Shown: positions 27,643-36,110 of the stretch, in pieces
How the letters are laid out: the number at the start of each line of letters is the position of its first letter
Position numbering within the stretch: position 1 is the first letter of the stretch
Position numbers and translations under genes: made by a program
Notes under the pieces: model-generated
Told to the model about the DNA's origin: nothing
What the model saw: the letters and a program-made list of their open reading frames with translations, nothing else
The model's database searches: none
Assembly: GCA_963810525.1 (NCBI GenBank)
Contig: CAWENB010000006.1
Span: forward strand, 40,175-104,174
Source: Candidatus Saccharimonadia bacterium
GTDB lineage: Bacteria; Patescibacteriota; Saccharimonadia; Saccharimonadales; UBA4665
DNA: 64,000 nucleotides
Reading direction: 5' to 3'

Positions 27643-28818
27643 ATGAAAACAATTGCAGTTATTTTTGGTGGGCGCAGTACCGAGCATGACGTATCTATCG
27701 TCACGGCTATCGCCAGTATTATCAAACCGCTCGTACTCACGCGGTCATACGAAGTGGAGGCGGTCTATATCGCCAAAAATGGCGCCTGGTTCTGGGATGA
27801 CAGGCTTAAGGACATTAATTTGTTTACCTCGGGTGAGATCGAGCAGTTCGTCAGCCGCACACAGCCCGCAAGCGTCCAATTTGACGGCGGCTTGACGCTG
27901 TCACGGTCGACTGGTCTGACTGGGCGGAGACAGCACAAGAAAATCGATATCGTGTTCCCGAGTATGCACGGCACCTACGGTGAGGACGGCGCGCTCATGG
28001 GATTGCTCGACATGGCCGGCGTCCCGTACGTCGGCTGTAGTATGGAGGCTGGCGTGCTCGCCATGAATAAAGTTTTGGCAAAACAGGTCGCTGCTGCACA
28101 TAACATACCTGTCAGTAGATTTCTGACGTTCAGCAATATAGACCTGGAGCAAAACCCGGCACGGGCGCTAAAAACCATTACCAAAGAGCTTACGCTGCCG
28201 CTTTTTGTCAAGCCGGCACATTTGGGATCGAGTATCGGCATTACCCGGGCAACTAACGAGACCGAATTACGCAATGGGCTGGAAGTGGCAGCCAAGTACG
28301 ACAACGCCATCATTGTCGAAGAAGCAGTCAATAATCTGATTGAAGTGACGTTGCCGGTCATCGGCAACCACGACCTGACGCCGGCACTGCTTGAGCAGCC
28401 GCTCGTCGGTGCCGAAGACTTTTTTGACTTCGACACAAAGTATATGAACGGCGGCAAAAAAATGGGCGGCGCAAAATCAAGCGGCGCGAAGCAGGGAGCC
28501 CAGGGTTACAGTAATATTCCAGCCAAGCTGCCGGACGATGTGTATCAAGAAGCCGAGGCGATCGGCCTTGACGTCTACCGCGCACTCGGCTGCTCGGGGA
28601 CGGCCCGGGTCGATATGCTTATAGATAGCGAAACACAGAAAGTTTACTTCAACGAAGTCAACCCACTCCCCGGCAGCTTGTACGTGCATAACTGGCGACT
28701 TAAAGGTGTCAGTAATGTAGAGCTTGTCACTCGCCTCGTCGAACTGGCCGAAGCCCGTTTCCGTGAACGCCAGGATTTGAGCACAGTGTTCAGCACTAAC
28801 TTTCTGAAGCAGTTTTGA
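27643..28818 (+). CDS. ddl: D-alanine--D-alanine ligase family protein, paralog A
   Basis: FGGRSTEHDVS, HGTYGEDG, FVKPAHLGSSIGI, ARVDM...YFNEVNPLPG. Carries a Gly/Lys-rich insertion after FDFDTKY. Confidence 0.9.
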   Translation: MKTIAVIFGGRSTEHDVSIVTAIASIIKPLVLTRSYEVEAVYIAKNGAWFWDDRLKDINLFTSGEIEQFVSRTQPASVQFDGGLTLSRSTGLTGRRQHKKIDIVFPSMHGTYGEDGALMGLLDMAGVPYVGCSMEAGVLAMNKVLAKQVAAAHNIPVSRFLTFSNIDLEQNPARALKTITKELTLPLFVKPAHLGSSIGITRATNETELRNGLEVAAKYDNAIIVEEAVNNLIEVTLPVIGNHDLTPALLEQPLVGAEDFFDFDTKYMNGGKKMGGAKSSGAKQGAQGYSNIPAKLPDDVYQEAEAIGLDVYRALGCSGTARVDMLIDSETQKVYFNEVNPLPGSLYVHNWRLKGVSNVELVTRLVELAEARFRERQDLSTVFSTNFLKQF

Positions 28819-28836
28819 AGCCGCAACAAAGGGTAT

Positions 28837-29631
28837 TTGAGTAGAAGTATGCATCTGGCAGAAGAATTAATTTCACTGACTGTAATGCGCGGCAATGTAG
28901 ATCCGCAGGCTGTCCAAGAGGACCTGTGCGGCATTGATGATCTGTTGGCGCTAGAACGTTCGTGGTATCAGGGCGCACCGCGCTATTCGACCAATCGGGA
29001 CGTCTTACGTGCGGCTGCCGCAGGCGAGTTGGAGCGCATCGGCACTGACGAAAACTTAAAGCCGGCACTTCGCTTTCGTAATGAGAGATTGGAGCATATT
29101 TATCCGCCATACCTAAAGCCGTATGCGGCCGCGACGCTTAAGAATCTGGGAATACTCTGGCGTGTGCTGGGCGATGAAGCGGGCATACATCCCGGTATTC
29201 GTTTGTCAGTCACCTCATTGACCAGGAGCGCTGCGTATCAGGGAAGGCTAGTGGCAGAGGGGAAATTAGCGGTGCTTGACAGCACGCATACGGCGGGCGC
29301 CACGTTCGACCTCGATTTGAGCGGTTATTACTTACACGATTTCTATATGGGCCGGGATGCCGTTGTATCAAAACGGGAGCCCACAACACACGAGAACATA
29401 GCGACTGCCTTTCGGAAGGACTACGGCGTTGAAGCTGCCAGCGTGCCAATTCGGCTAGGCCCGGAATGGTTTGACCAAAATGTGCCCGATACACTCCTGG
29501 CAGCGGCCGAGCTCATGTATGGCTGGGGACTCATTAATATGGTGCCGGAAATGGTCGGGAGCGATAACAGTGCGTTACACATCGCCGCCGCGCCGCCGTG
29601 GGCAGTGCCGCCGGAATCAGGTATGTTTTAG
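28837..29631 (+). CDS. LAS-fold (peptidase M15 / VanY-VanX-like) putative D-Ala-D-Ala peptidase
   Basis: TSLTRSAAYQGRL (compare SGYRS..Q..L), STHTAGATFD (SxHxxGxxxD, His and Asp 7 apart as in VanX) and a distal ALHIAA His. Motif-level only. Confidence 0.5.
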   Translation: MSRSMHLAEELISLTVMRGNVDPQAVQEDLCGIDDLLALERSWYQGAPRYSTNRDVLRAAAAGELERIGTDENLKPALRFRNERLEHIYPPYLKPYAAATLKNLGILWRVLGDEAGIHPGIRLSVTSLTRSAAYQGRLVAEGKLAVLDSTHTAGATFDLDLSGYYLHDFYMGRDAVVSKREPTTHENIATAFRKDYGVEAASVPIRLGPEWFDQNVPDTLLAAAELMYGWGLINMVPEMVGSDNSALHIAAAPPWAVPPESGMF

Positions 29632-29656
29632 TGCTTACGCCGTGACGATGCGATGG

Positions 29657-29662
29657 TATAAT
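29657..29662 (+). promoter_or_regulatory. Extended -10 (TGgTATAAT), 7 nt upstream of the ddl copy B ATG
   Basis: tggtataat-aatcggc-ATG(29670), with no SD. Confidence 0.4.
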
Positions 29663-29669
29663 AATCGGC

Positions 29670-30836
29670 ATGTCAAAGCCTACTGTCGGTGTCTTTTTCG
29701 GTTCACGCTCGACCGAGCATGATGTATCGGTCGTGACGGCGATAGGGTCTGTTATACGGCCGCTTGAACTCTCCAATCAATATGAGGTGGCACCGGTATA
29801 TATCTCCAAATCAGGCCAGTGGTACTGCGATCCTGTACTTAAGAACTTGGGCCTGTTTACGTCCGGCGATATCGACGCCTGGTGCGCCAAGCACGCGCCG
29901 GTCGGGCCGTTGTTCGACAACGGTCTGAAACTGGTCGAGGCAAACCGTAAGCGGCGAACGACAATCATCGACATTGCTTTTCCGGCGCTGCACGGAACGC
30001 ACGGCGAAGACGGCGAAGTCATGGCCATGTTCGAGCTCGCCAATATTCCCTATGTGGGCTGCGGTGTCGCGGCCAGCGCGGTTGCGATGGATAAAGTTCT
30101 GGCGAAGCAAGTGGCGCTCGCCAACGGCATTCCGACGCCAAAATCCATAAATTTTACAAAGTATGAATTCGGTCAGGACCAGGACACTTGGGTTACAAAA
30201 ATTAACCGCACACTCAGATATCCGTTATTCGTCAAGCCGGCGCATCTCGGATCAAGTATCGGCATTACCAGGGTGATCGACCCGAAGGATCTCATCAACG
30301 CTATCGAAGTGGCGGTGCATTATGACAATAAAGCATTAGTGGAAGAAGGTGTGCCGAATCTTATTGAAGTTACCTTGCCGGTTATGGGCAATGATGAGCC
30401 GGTTCCGGCGCTGCTCGAACAACCGCTCACAAAGCCTGAAGATTTTTTCAACTTCGACACCAAATATATGCATGGCGGTAAAAAAGGCGGTGGGAAGAAG
30501 GCCGGTACGAAGGGCTCACAGGGCTACAGCAAACTTCCGGCCGAATTACCCGACGCGCTATACCGCAAAGCCATATCGGCGGGTTTAAGTGTTTATAAAG
30601 CGCTAGGTTGTTCCGGTACCGCCAGGGTCGATATGCTCGTCGATGGCAAAAAAGGCGAAGTCTACTTCAACGAAGTCAACCCGCTACCCGGCAGCCTGTA
30701 CGCCCACAACTGGCACATGGCCGGCTATTCAAGTGTGGAATTGGTAACGAAACTGATTGAGCTTGGACAAGAACGTTACCGCAAGCAAACGGCAGTGGAA
30801 ACGACATTCGCGACTAGCTTCTTGAAACAGTTTTAG
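29670..30836 (+). CDS. ddl: D-alanine--D-alanine ligase family protein, paralog B
   Basis: Same motif set as paralog A. By eye, more than half of positions are identical to A. Carries its own Gly/Lys-rich insertion (GGKKGGGKKAGTKGSQG). Confidence 0.9.
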   Translation: MSKPTVGVFFGSRSTEHDVSVVTAIGSVIRPLELSNQYEVAPVYISKSGQWYCDPVLKNLGLFTSGDIDAWCAKHAPVGPLFDNGLKLVEANRKRRTTIIDIAFPALHGTHGEDGEVMAMFELANIPYVGCGVAASAVAMDKVLAKQVALANGIPTPKSINFTKYEFGQDQDTWVTKINRTLRYPLFVKPAHLGSSIGITRVIDPKDLINAIEVAVHYDNKALVEEGVPNLIEVTLPVMGNDEPVPALLEQPLTKPEDFFNFDTKYMHGGKKGGGKKAGTKGSQGYSKLPAELPDALYRKAISAGLSVYKALGCSGTARVDMLVDGKKGEVYFNEVNPLPGSLYAHNWHMAGYSSVELVTKLIELGQERYRKQTAVETTFATSFLKQF

Positions 30837-30993
30837 ACTGCTGCTTCGCGTCGAGCGAGTTATTTTATAGCCTTGATTCGAACAATCATCTTGCCAAACT
30901 GTTTCCACTTTTGATTTCCGATCATTTATTGGTAGTGCGGTTTTCGTTGTGTATACTACAAAACATCAACAAAAATCAAAAGGAATCATTTTT

Positions 30994-31698
30994 ATGAATC
31001 ATAGATTTGAAAGGAAAGCGATTTGCGACTTCGGGTTTACCGCCGTCGAAGGACTCATCGTGTTACTTGTCATAGTCATTATCGCCGGAGCCGGATGGTT
31101 CGTGCTGACGAAACACAAGAGCACTACACCGAATAAAGAATTCAGAACATCAAAGTCGTGGTCAAAGTATACAGGGGAAAGTTTTATGTCATATACCTAC
31201 CCCGGCAATCTCTTCAGTATCATATACCCGGAACGCTGGGCTCAAAGTTATCGGACGTTACCGGCCAGTACGCCGCCTGCACCGGATAACATGCAGAGCC
31301 AGATCGTGGCTTTAACACCGCCGAAATCTCCCAAAGGACCCGACGGGTCGCCGCTGCCCGTCGATGTGCTTGTCTATAAATCAGGCAATACGGCTGATAT
31401 CGCGAAAAATGTGGACGGCGGTACGACAATACAGCATCAGAAGAGTATAAAAGTGAACGGATATGACGCACTGTACGAACAGACTGTGCCCGATACCTCA
31501 AAAGGACAAGTCAATATTCCTTCGCATTTCACCGACGATATTTACGTGGTAACAAACAACAATGTATCGGTGGCCTTTATTTTCCGTGTCAATGAAAGCG
31601 CAATTCCCGCTTCTCCGGGCGTGACCGCCATTCCGGCTATCAATCAATCTTACCTGCAACCTTCATTCGTAAACATCGTTAACTCCGTTAAGTTTTAA
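30994..31698 (+). CDS. Type IV pilin-like / pseudopilin protein (prepilin N-terminal motif)
   Basis: The leader ends in G, then FTAVEGLIVLLVIVII (G/FTxxE with Glu at +5) and a hydrophobic helix. ATG 30994 follows aaaagga. Confidence 0.65.
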   Translation: MNHRFERKAICDFGFTAVEGLIVLLVIVIIAGAGWFVLTKHKSTTPNKEFRTSKSWSKYTGESFMSYTYPGNLFSIIYPERWAQSYRTLPASTPPAPDNMQSQIVALTPPKSPKGPDGSPLPVDVLVYKSGNTADIAKNVDGGTTIQHQKSIKVNGYDALYEQTVPDTSKGQVNIPSHFTDDIYVVTNNNVSVAFIFRVNESAIPASPGVTAIPAINQSYLQPSFVNIVNSVKF

Positions 31699-32049
31699 CG
31701 CCTTAGCCAGCTAAATACGCAGGGTTAAAAGAACGGTCGGGTAAATATTCCAGTTTTAGGAAGCAAAAGTGTTGTCGGTTGGTTTGTAGCCTCGTGATGT
31801 AAATTGACAAAACACTGGGCCGGATATTCGATTGTCGAACTGGTTATCGGATTCAACGCTTATATCCCCGGGGCGGTAAAAAATAGAAAGTAGCAACCGG
31901 AAACAACGGTCGCCGATAAAGTATTGCAACTATTCTAGCCGGTAAAGTTTCGGTAGAGTAAGTTATTTAATATTGCTTCATTTGTAGCTCATGTTTAAAC
32001 CATCCGTGGATTGTAATGTATACTCTATAAACACTAGGGGGACTGAGGA

Positions 32050-32898
32050 GTGGATGGCTTGCGAGCGTTGCGCATACTTGTAAGGCCGCAAATATTGGTG
32101 AGCTTTTTAGTCGTAGCCTGCGTAAGCTCGGGGGCTTCGATGTCCATACGCAATCACGCTTCGCTGGAACTTAACGCCAAGACGTCTAAGAACCTTGAGG
32201 CCCGCCAGCGCCGGGTACTCGAGCGGCAACGGGAAGCCGCCGAGGAGCTTCAGCGCGAACAGTCAGCATCGTATTCATGGATTTCGCCGATTAACTGCAA
32301 GCTGCAACCATGCCTGGCACTCACCTTCGACGACGGGCCGAACCCGATAACCACACCGCAAGTATTGTCTATTCTCGAGGCAGAGCACGTTCATGCCAGC
32401 TTCTTTGTGGTGGGCTCGCGTATCGCCGGCAATCAGGCATTACTCCAGCGGATGTACGCCGATGGCGACGAGATTGGCGATCATAGTTGGACGCATCCGG
32501 ATTTTACGACGCTTTCGCCAGATCAGATCAGGCAGCAAATTGCACAGACCCAGCAAGCAGTAGCAGAAGCCGGGGTGCCGGCACCGACACTATTCCGGCC
32601 TCCATACGGAGCGGTCAATCAGAAAGTAATTGACAATGTCTCGCTTACCATTATGTTCTGGAACGAGGATCCCCGTGATTGGGCGGCGAGCAATCCGGTT
32701 GATGTCGAAAAGGCCGTGGTTGCTTCTGCCCGTCCGGGCGGCGTCGTTGACATGCACGATATCTACCACCTCACGGTCGCCTCACTCGACCCTATTATCA
32801 AGCAGCTCAAGCAGGACCATTACCAGTTCGTGACCGTCAGCCAGCTGCTGGGGATAAAGCCTGGGCAAAAGGGCGAATATTACGGCCTGATGCCGTAG
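32050..32898 (+). CDS. Polysaccharide / peptidoglycan deacetylase (NodB homology domain)
   Basis: LTFDDGP, DHSWTHPD, RPPYG. N-terminal TM segment. GTG start after GAGGAG. Confidence 0.85.
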   Translation: MDGLRALRILVRPQILVSFLVVACVSSGASMSIRNHASLELNAKTSKNLEARQRRVLERQREAAEELQREQSASYSWISPINCKLQPCLALTFDDGPNPITTPQVLSILEAEHVHASFFVVGSRIAGNQALLQRMYADGDEIGDHSWTHPDFTTLSPDQIRQQIAQTQQAVAEAGVPAPTLFRPPYGAVNQKVIDNVSLTIMFWNEDPRDWAASNPVDVEKAVVASARPGGVVDMHDIYHLTVASLDPIIKQLKQDHYQFVTVSQLLGIKPGQKGEYYGLMP

Positions 32899-33043
32899 TG
32901 ACAATATCGGTTTGTAGGATACCGGAGAAAATTTGGGGCAATATAGTAAAATCTATAATTATTCCCGAAAATTTCATGATCAACTTGACACTTGAGTGTT
33001 ACGAAAGACATGATGTTGTGTCATGAAACCCCGTACGATTTTT

Positions 33044-34132
33044 GGCTTAATAACAAAAACTGGTTGCTGCTAGCGCTTTAAGACGGACAGATTTCTTTGT
33101 CATTGTTTTCGTTATTCTTGTAAGTACCAACTAAACAAGGAGTAACGAAGATGACTCGAAAGAGCTGTCCGTCTTGCTATTGTACCAACGTAAAGAAAAA
33201 CGGTGTGAGGAACGGTCTACAGCGCTACGTCTGTCGTACCTGCCGTCGGTCATGGAGCAGTAAAGGCCGCCCTGGCCGTAAGCGAGCTACCCTATGGCAC
33301 CAGTATGCCTTTGACGGTCGTACCGTGAACAGCTTGGCTAAAGAATACCGGAAAAGTACCGGTTGCATCCGCGCTCAACTCAATGGCTACAGCCCGCCAC
33401 GCATCATCCAGAAACCGCGTACCGTAGCCGTCATAATGGATGTTACCTACTTTGGGGACTGGGGCCTCCTGGTTGTTATTGACCCATATGCAGTGGCGAC
33501 GCTTGGTGAGAATACGGTGCTGTATTACGCCACGGTAGACGGGACAGAACGCACCGTAGATTATGAGGTTGCAACAGATACGATTGAAGCAATGGGCTAC
33601 AGTATCCTGGCGGTCACCATTGACGGCAGACGAGGCGTACGGACTATGCTGGAGGGCAAAGGCATACCGGTCCAGCATTGCCAGTTTCACCAGCTTATGA
33701 CCATCACTCAATGTCTGACCAAGAAGCCACGACTGACGCAAAATATTGAGTTACGAGCGCTTGCCTTAACGCTCGCTCGGACAGACGAACTAACGTTTGA
33801 GGATGCACTCGCTGGTTGGTACAAGAAACATGGGGCATGGCTCAAGGAGCGTGATCCGGTCACCAAAAGATATGCCCATGAGCGTACCAGAAGAGCTTAT
33901 TTTTCCTTGTGTCGCAACCTACCATATCTGTTCACCTACCAAGCCGATTACATACAGGAAAGTGGCATACGAGTAGCCAACACAACGAGCCCATTAGACG
34001 GAAGATTCGGCGTCTGGAAAGACAAGCTCATACCCCACCGTGGAGCCTCAAAACAACGAATAATTACGATCCTCTGGAGTTTCTTCTCTAGAAAAACAGA
34101 TTAGAGTAGACACCAGAATTTGGTGTTAAGCC
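33044..34132 (+). mobile_element. IS element copy 2, identical to copy 1 and in the same orientation
   Basis: Offset is exactly 13,810 bp from copy 1 and the ends are identical. It has its own 8-bp target site duplication, CGATTTTT, at 33036-33043 and 34133-34140. Confidence 0.9.
33151..34104 (+). CDS. DDE transposase with N-terminal zinc ribbon (IS1/IS1595-like), second copy
   Basis: The translated product is identical to 19341-20294. Confidence 0.88.
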   Translation: MTRKSCPSCYCTNVKKNGVRNGLQRYVCRTCRRSWSSKGRPGRKRATLWHQYAFDGRTVNSLAKEYRKSTGCIRAQLNGYSPPRIIQKPRTVAVIMDVTYFGDWGLLVVIDPYAVATLGENTVLYYATVDGTERTVDYEVATDTIEAMGYSILAVTIDGRRGVRTMLEGKGIPVQHCQFHQLMTITQCLTKKPRLTQNIELRALALTLARTDELTFEDALAGWYKKHGAWLKERDPVTKRYAHERTRRAYFSLCRNLPYLFTYQADYIQESGIRVANTTSPLDGRFGVWKDKLIPHRGASKQRIITILWSFFSRKTD

Positions 34133-34252
34133 CGATTTTTCATAAATTCTTGGGTACAACGTGGGGGTGGAAGAGTTCTGCTGGCAGAGCCAGGAACAAC
34201 ATTTCCAGCCCCCACGCAGGTTGAGCGTTGGCACGAAAAGTGCCGCTTAACC

Positions 34253-34642
34253 TTAGTACCTGGACGCATGGACCCCATGGCTTTTGTCGTCGCGTACCTT
34301 GCGGTAGCCGAAAAAGCATCCAACCAGGTATCCGAGCCCGATCCCTACCGCAGCCGCGATTGCACTCCTGAACAAACCAGCCAGGATAATCGCCAGGATG
34401 ACGCCTATCACGACAGCTATGAAACTACGTGCATTTGTCAGTCCCGTACCGCTGAGCAGTATAAAGAGGATATTCCCTCCATGCTCACGCGGGCGGTCGC
34501 GCGGAGTAAAACAAGTGTGGTTCGTCCTCATGACGATCCCGTGCTTGTGACCGTGGTGACGGTCTTCGGCGCAAGGTCGGCACTGGCACGTTGCCAGGTT
34601 ATGGGCGATGTGCGGTGCTGGTCTAGCCATTGTAGTCTCCAT
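34253..34642 (-). CDS. Hypothetical small membrane protein with a His/Cys-rich N-terminus
   Basis: CQCRPCAEDRHHGHKHG followed by two hydrophobic segments. A plus-strand ORF competes for the same region. Confidence 0.35.
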   Translation of the reverse strand: METTMARPAPHIAHNLATCQCRPCAEDRHHGHKHGIVMRTNHTCFTPRDRPREHGGNILFILLSGTGLTNARSFIAVVIGVILAIILAGLFRSAIAAAVGIGLGYLVGCFFGYRKVRDDKSHGVHASRY

Positions 34643-34902
34643 TGCTCTCAGGTACTTAAATTGCGAAGTGTCGTCCGATCAGGACAAGGAGGTTCCCCTC
34701 CACTCATATGAGTCGCTTCGAACATAAATATAGCATAAAAAACCGCTTATGTCAATAATGCTACCCCTGTAATGAACATGGATCAAAGGGTGTGATATAA
34801 TATTTATAAAGTATGCGTGCAGCCCTGAAACCACTCGCCAAATTTCTCGCCCGCTGAGGGCGCAACTTTTCTCTTTATCAAGCATAAATCTTTAATACAG
34901 GA

Positions 34903-35658
34903 GTGACGAAAGTGGCGACGAAATTGTTGTATTTGGGAGCATTCGATGTAGTCGAATGCCTGGCAAAAGTAATAGCGGTTGAGGCGGCGGAAGATGGCCG
35001 GACCGATATCAAACTCGACCAGACCTGTTTCTACCCGCGCGGCGGCGGTCAGGATTGGGATGAGGGCACGATTACGAACGAGGACAGCTCGGCGGTGTTG
35101 CGTGTCAATGAGGTGCGCCTTGATGAGGTTGGCATCGTACATCATTTCGGCACCGTTTCCAGTGGCGGATTCAAGATCGGCGATGCGGTCATGTGCAGCA
35201 TTGACGGGAAGCGGCGCGCAATTAACACCCGATTGCACTCGGCAGGACACGCCGTCGATATGGCAGTCGACCGGATAGGATTGCCGTGGGTTCCCGGCCG
35301 CGGCGGCCATTATCCGCACATGAGTTTTGTGGAGTACGAGGGCGAGATCGCGTCCGAAGCAACTGAGCAGGAGCGCGCCCGGATTGAAGCTGTCACGAAC
35401 GAAATCATCGACGCCGGCGGCGAAAATGAAATCCGCTTTTTGCCAGTGAGTGAAATGCGCACCGTCTGCCGGCATGTTCCTGCCAACATACCGACTAACA
35501 AGCCGGCTCGCGTCGTCATATACAACGGCACGTTCGGCGTGCCGTGCGGCGGTACGCACGTGGGCAATGTCCACGACATCGGCCGCGTCACCATTACGAA
35601 GGTTAAATCCAAGAAGGGTCTCACGAAAGTATCATACGCCGTGGAGGGTACTAACTGA
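34903..35658 (+). CDS. alaX: AlaX-type alanyl-tRNA trans-editing protein
   Basis: HSAGH and CGGTHV zinc/editing motifs of the ThrRS/AlaRS second additional domain. The start may be GTG 34912, 8 nt after AGGAG. Confidence 0.8.
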   Translation: MTKVATKLLYLGAFDVVECLAKVIAVEAAEDGRTDIKLDQTCFYPRGGGQDWDEGTITNEDSSAVLRVNEVRLDEVGIVHHFGTVSSGGFKIGDAVMCSIDGKRRAINTRLHSAGHAVDMAVDRIGLPWVPGRGGHYPHMSFVEYEGEIASEATEQERARIEAVTNEIIDAGGENEIRFLPVSEMRTVCRHVPANIPTNKPARVVIYNGTFGVPCGGTHVGNVHDIGRVTITKVKSKKGLTKVSYAVEGTN

Positions 35659-36090
35659 ATGGTATACGTACCCGTTACGCACAAATTCGTCGCGGTGCTG
35701 AATAAAAAGATTCCAGTCGGTAAACTCATGAATGCGCTCGGACATATGACGGCCGGGTTCGCGGCTGACTATCCAGATCAGGCGGTCATGCGCTTCGATA
35801 ATTACGAAGATGCCGACGGTAACGCACACCCGAACATTTCAGATAATCCGTTCATTGTGCTCCAGGCGGATAATTCGAACCAAGTCCGGACTCTTCGGCG
35901 GGCACTAACTGAGGTCGGGCTGCAGTTTACGGATTTCACCGGAACCATGACCGAGGGCACGTATACCGAGCAGCAGGAGCGGACTAAAACGACGTCTGAA
36001 GCCGATCTGGAGTATTACGGCCTGGTAACCTTTGGTGAGATAGGGCGGCTAAATACGCTCACCAAAAAGTTCTCACTCTGGCGCGGCTAA
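35659..36090 (+). CDS. DUF2000-like (peptidyl-tRNA-hydrolase-2-fold-like) protein
   Basis: KFVAVLNKKIPVGKLMNALGHMTAGFAA resembles the DUF2000 N-terminal pattern. The ATG directly abuts the alaX stop (TGAATG). The family call is from memory of the pattern only. Confidence 0.45.
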   Translation: MVYVPVTHKFVAVLNKKIPVGKLMNALGHMTAGFAADYPDQAVMRFDNYEDADGNAHPNISDNPFIVLQADNSNQVRTLRRALTEVGLQFTDFTGTMTEGTYTEQQERTKTTSEADLEYYGLVTFGEIGRLNTLTKKFSLWRG

Positions 36091-36110
36091 CTGATACTAT
36101 AAGGACTAAT

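Noticed and set aside
24078-32898. A bona fide vancomycin-resistance (van) operon
   Set aside because: Only the ligase and M15-like components are present. There is no VanH-type dehydrogenase, VanT racemase or VanRS pair nearby, and ligase specificity cannot be read reliably by eye. It is kept only as a hypothesis in the findings.
19234-34132. A composite transposon formed by the two IS copies
   Set aside because: Each copy has its own matching 8-bp target duplication (CAAATTTG/CAAATTTG and CGATTTTT/CGATTTTT). A composite transposition event would give the same duplication at the outer ends only. The block is therefore more likely resident DNA hit twice.
34804-35574. 256-aa minus-strand ORF
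   Set aside because: It is fully antisense to the well-supported alaX-like gene (HSAGH and CGGTHV motifs), so it is a shadow ORF.
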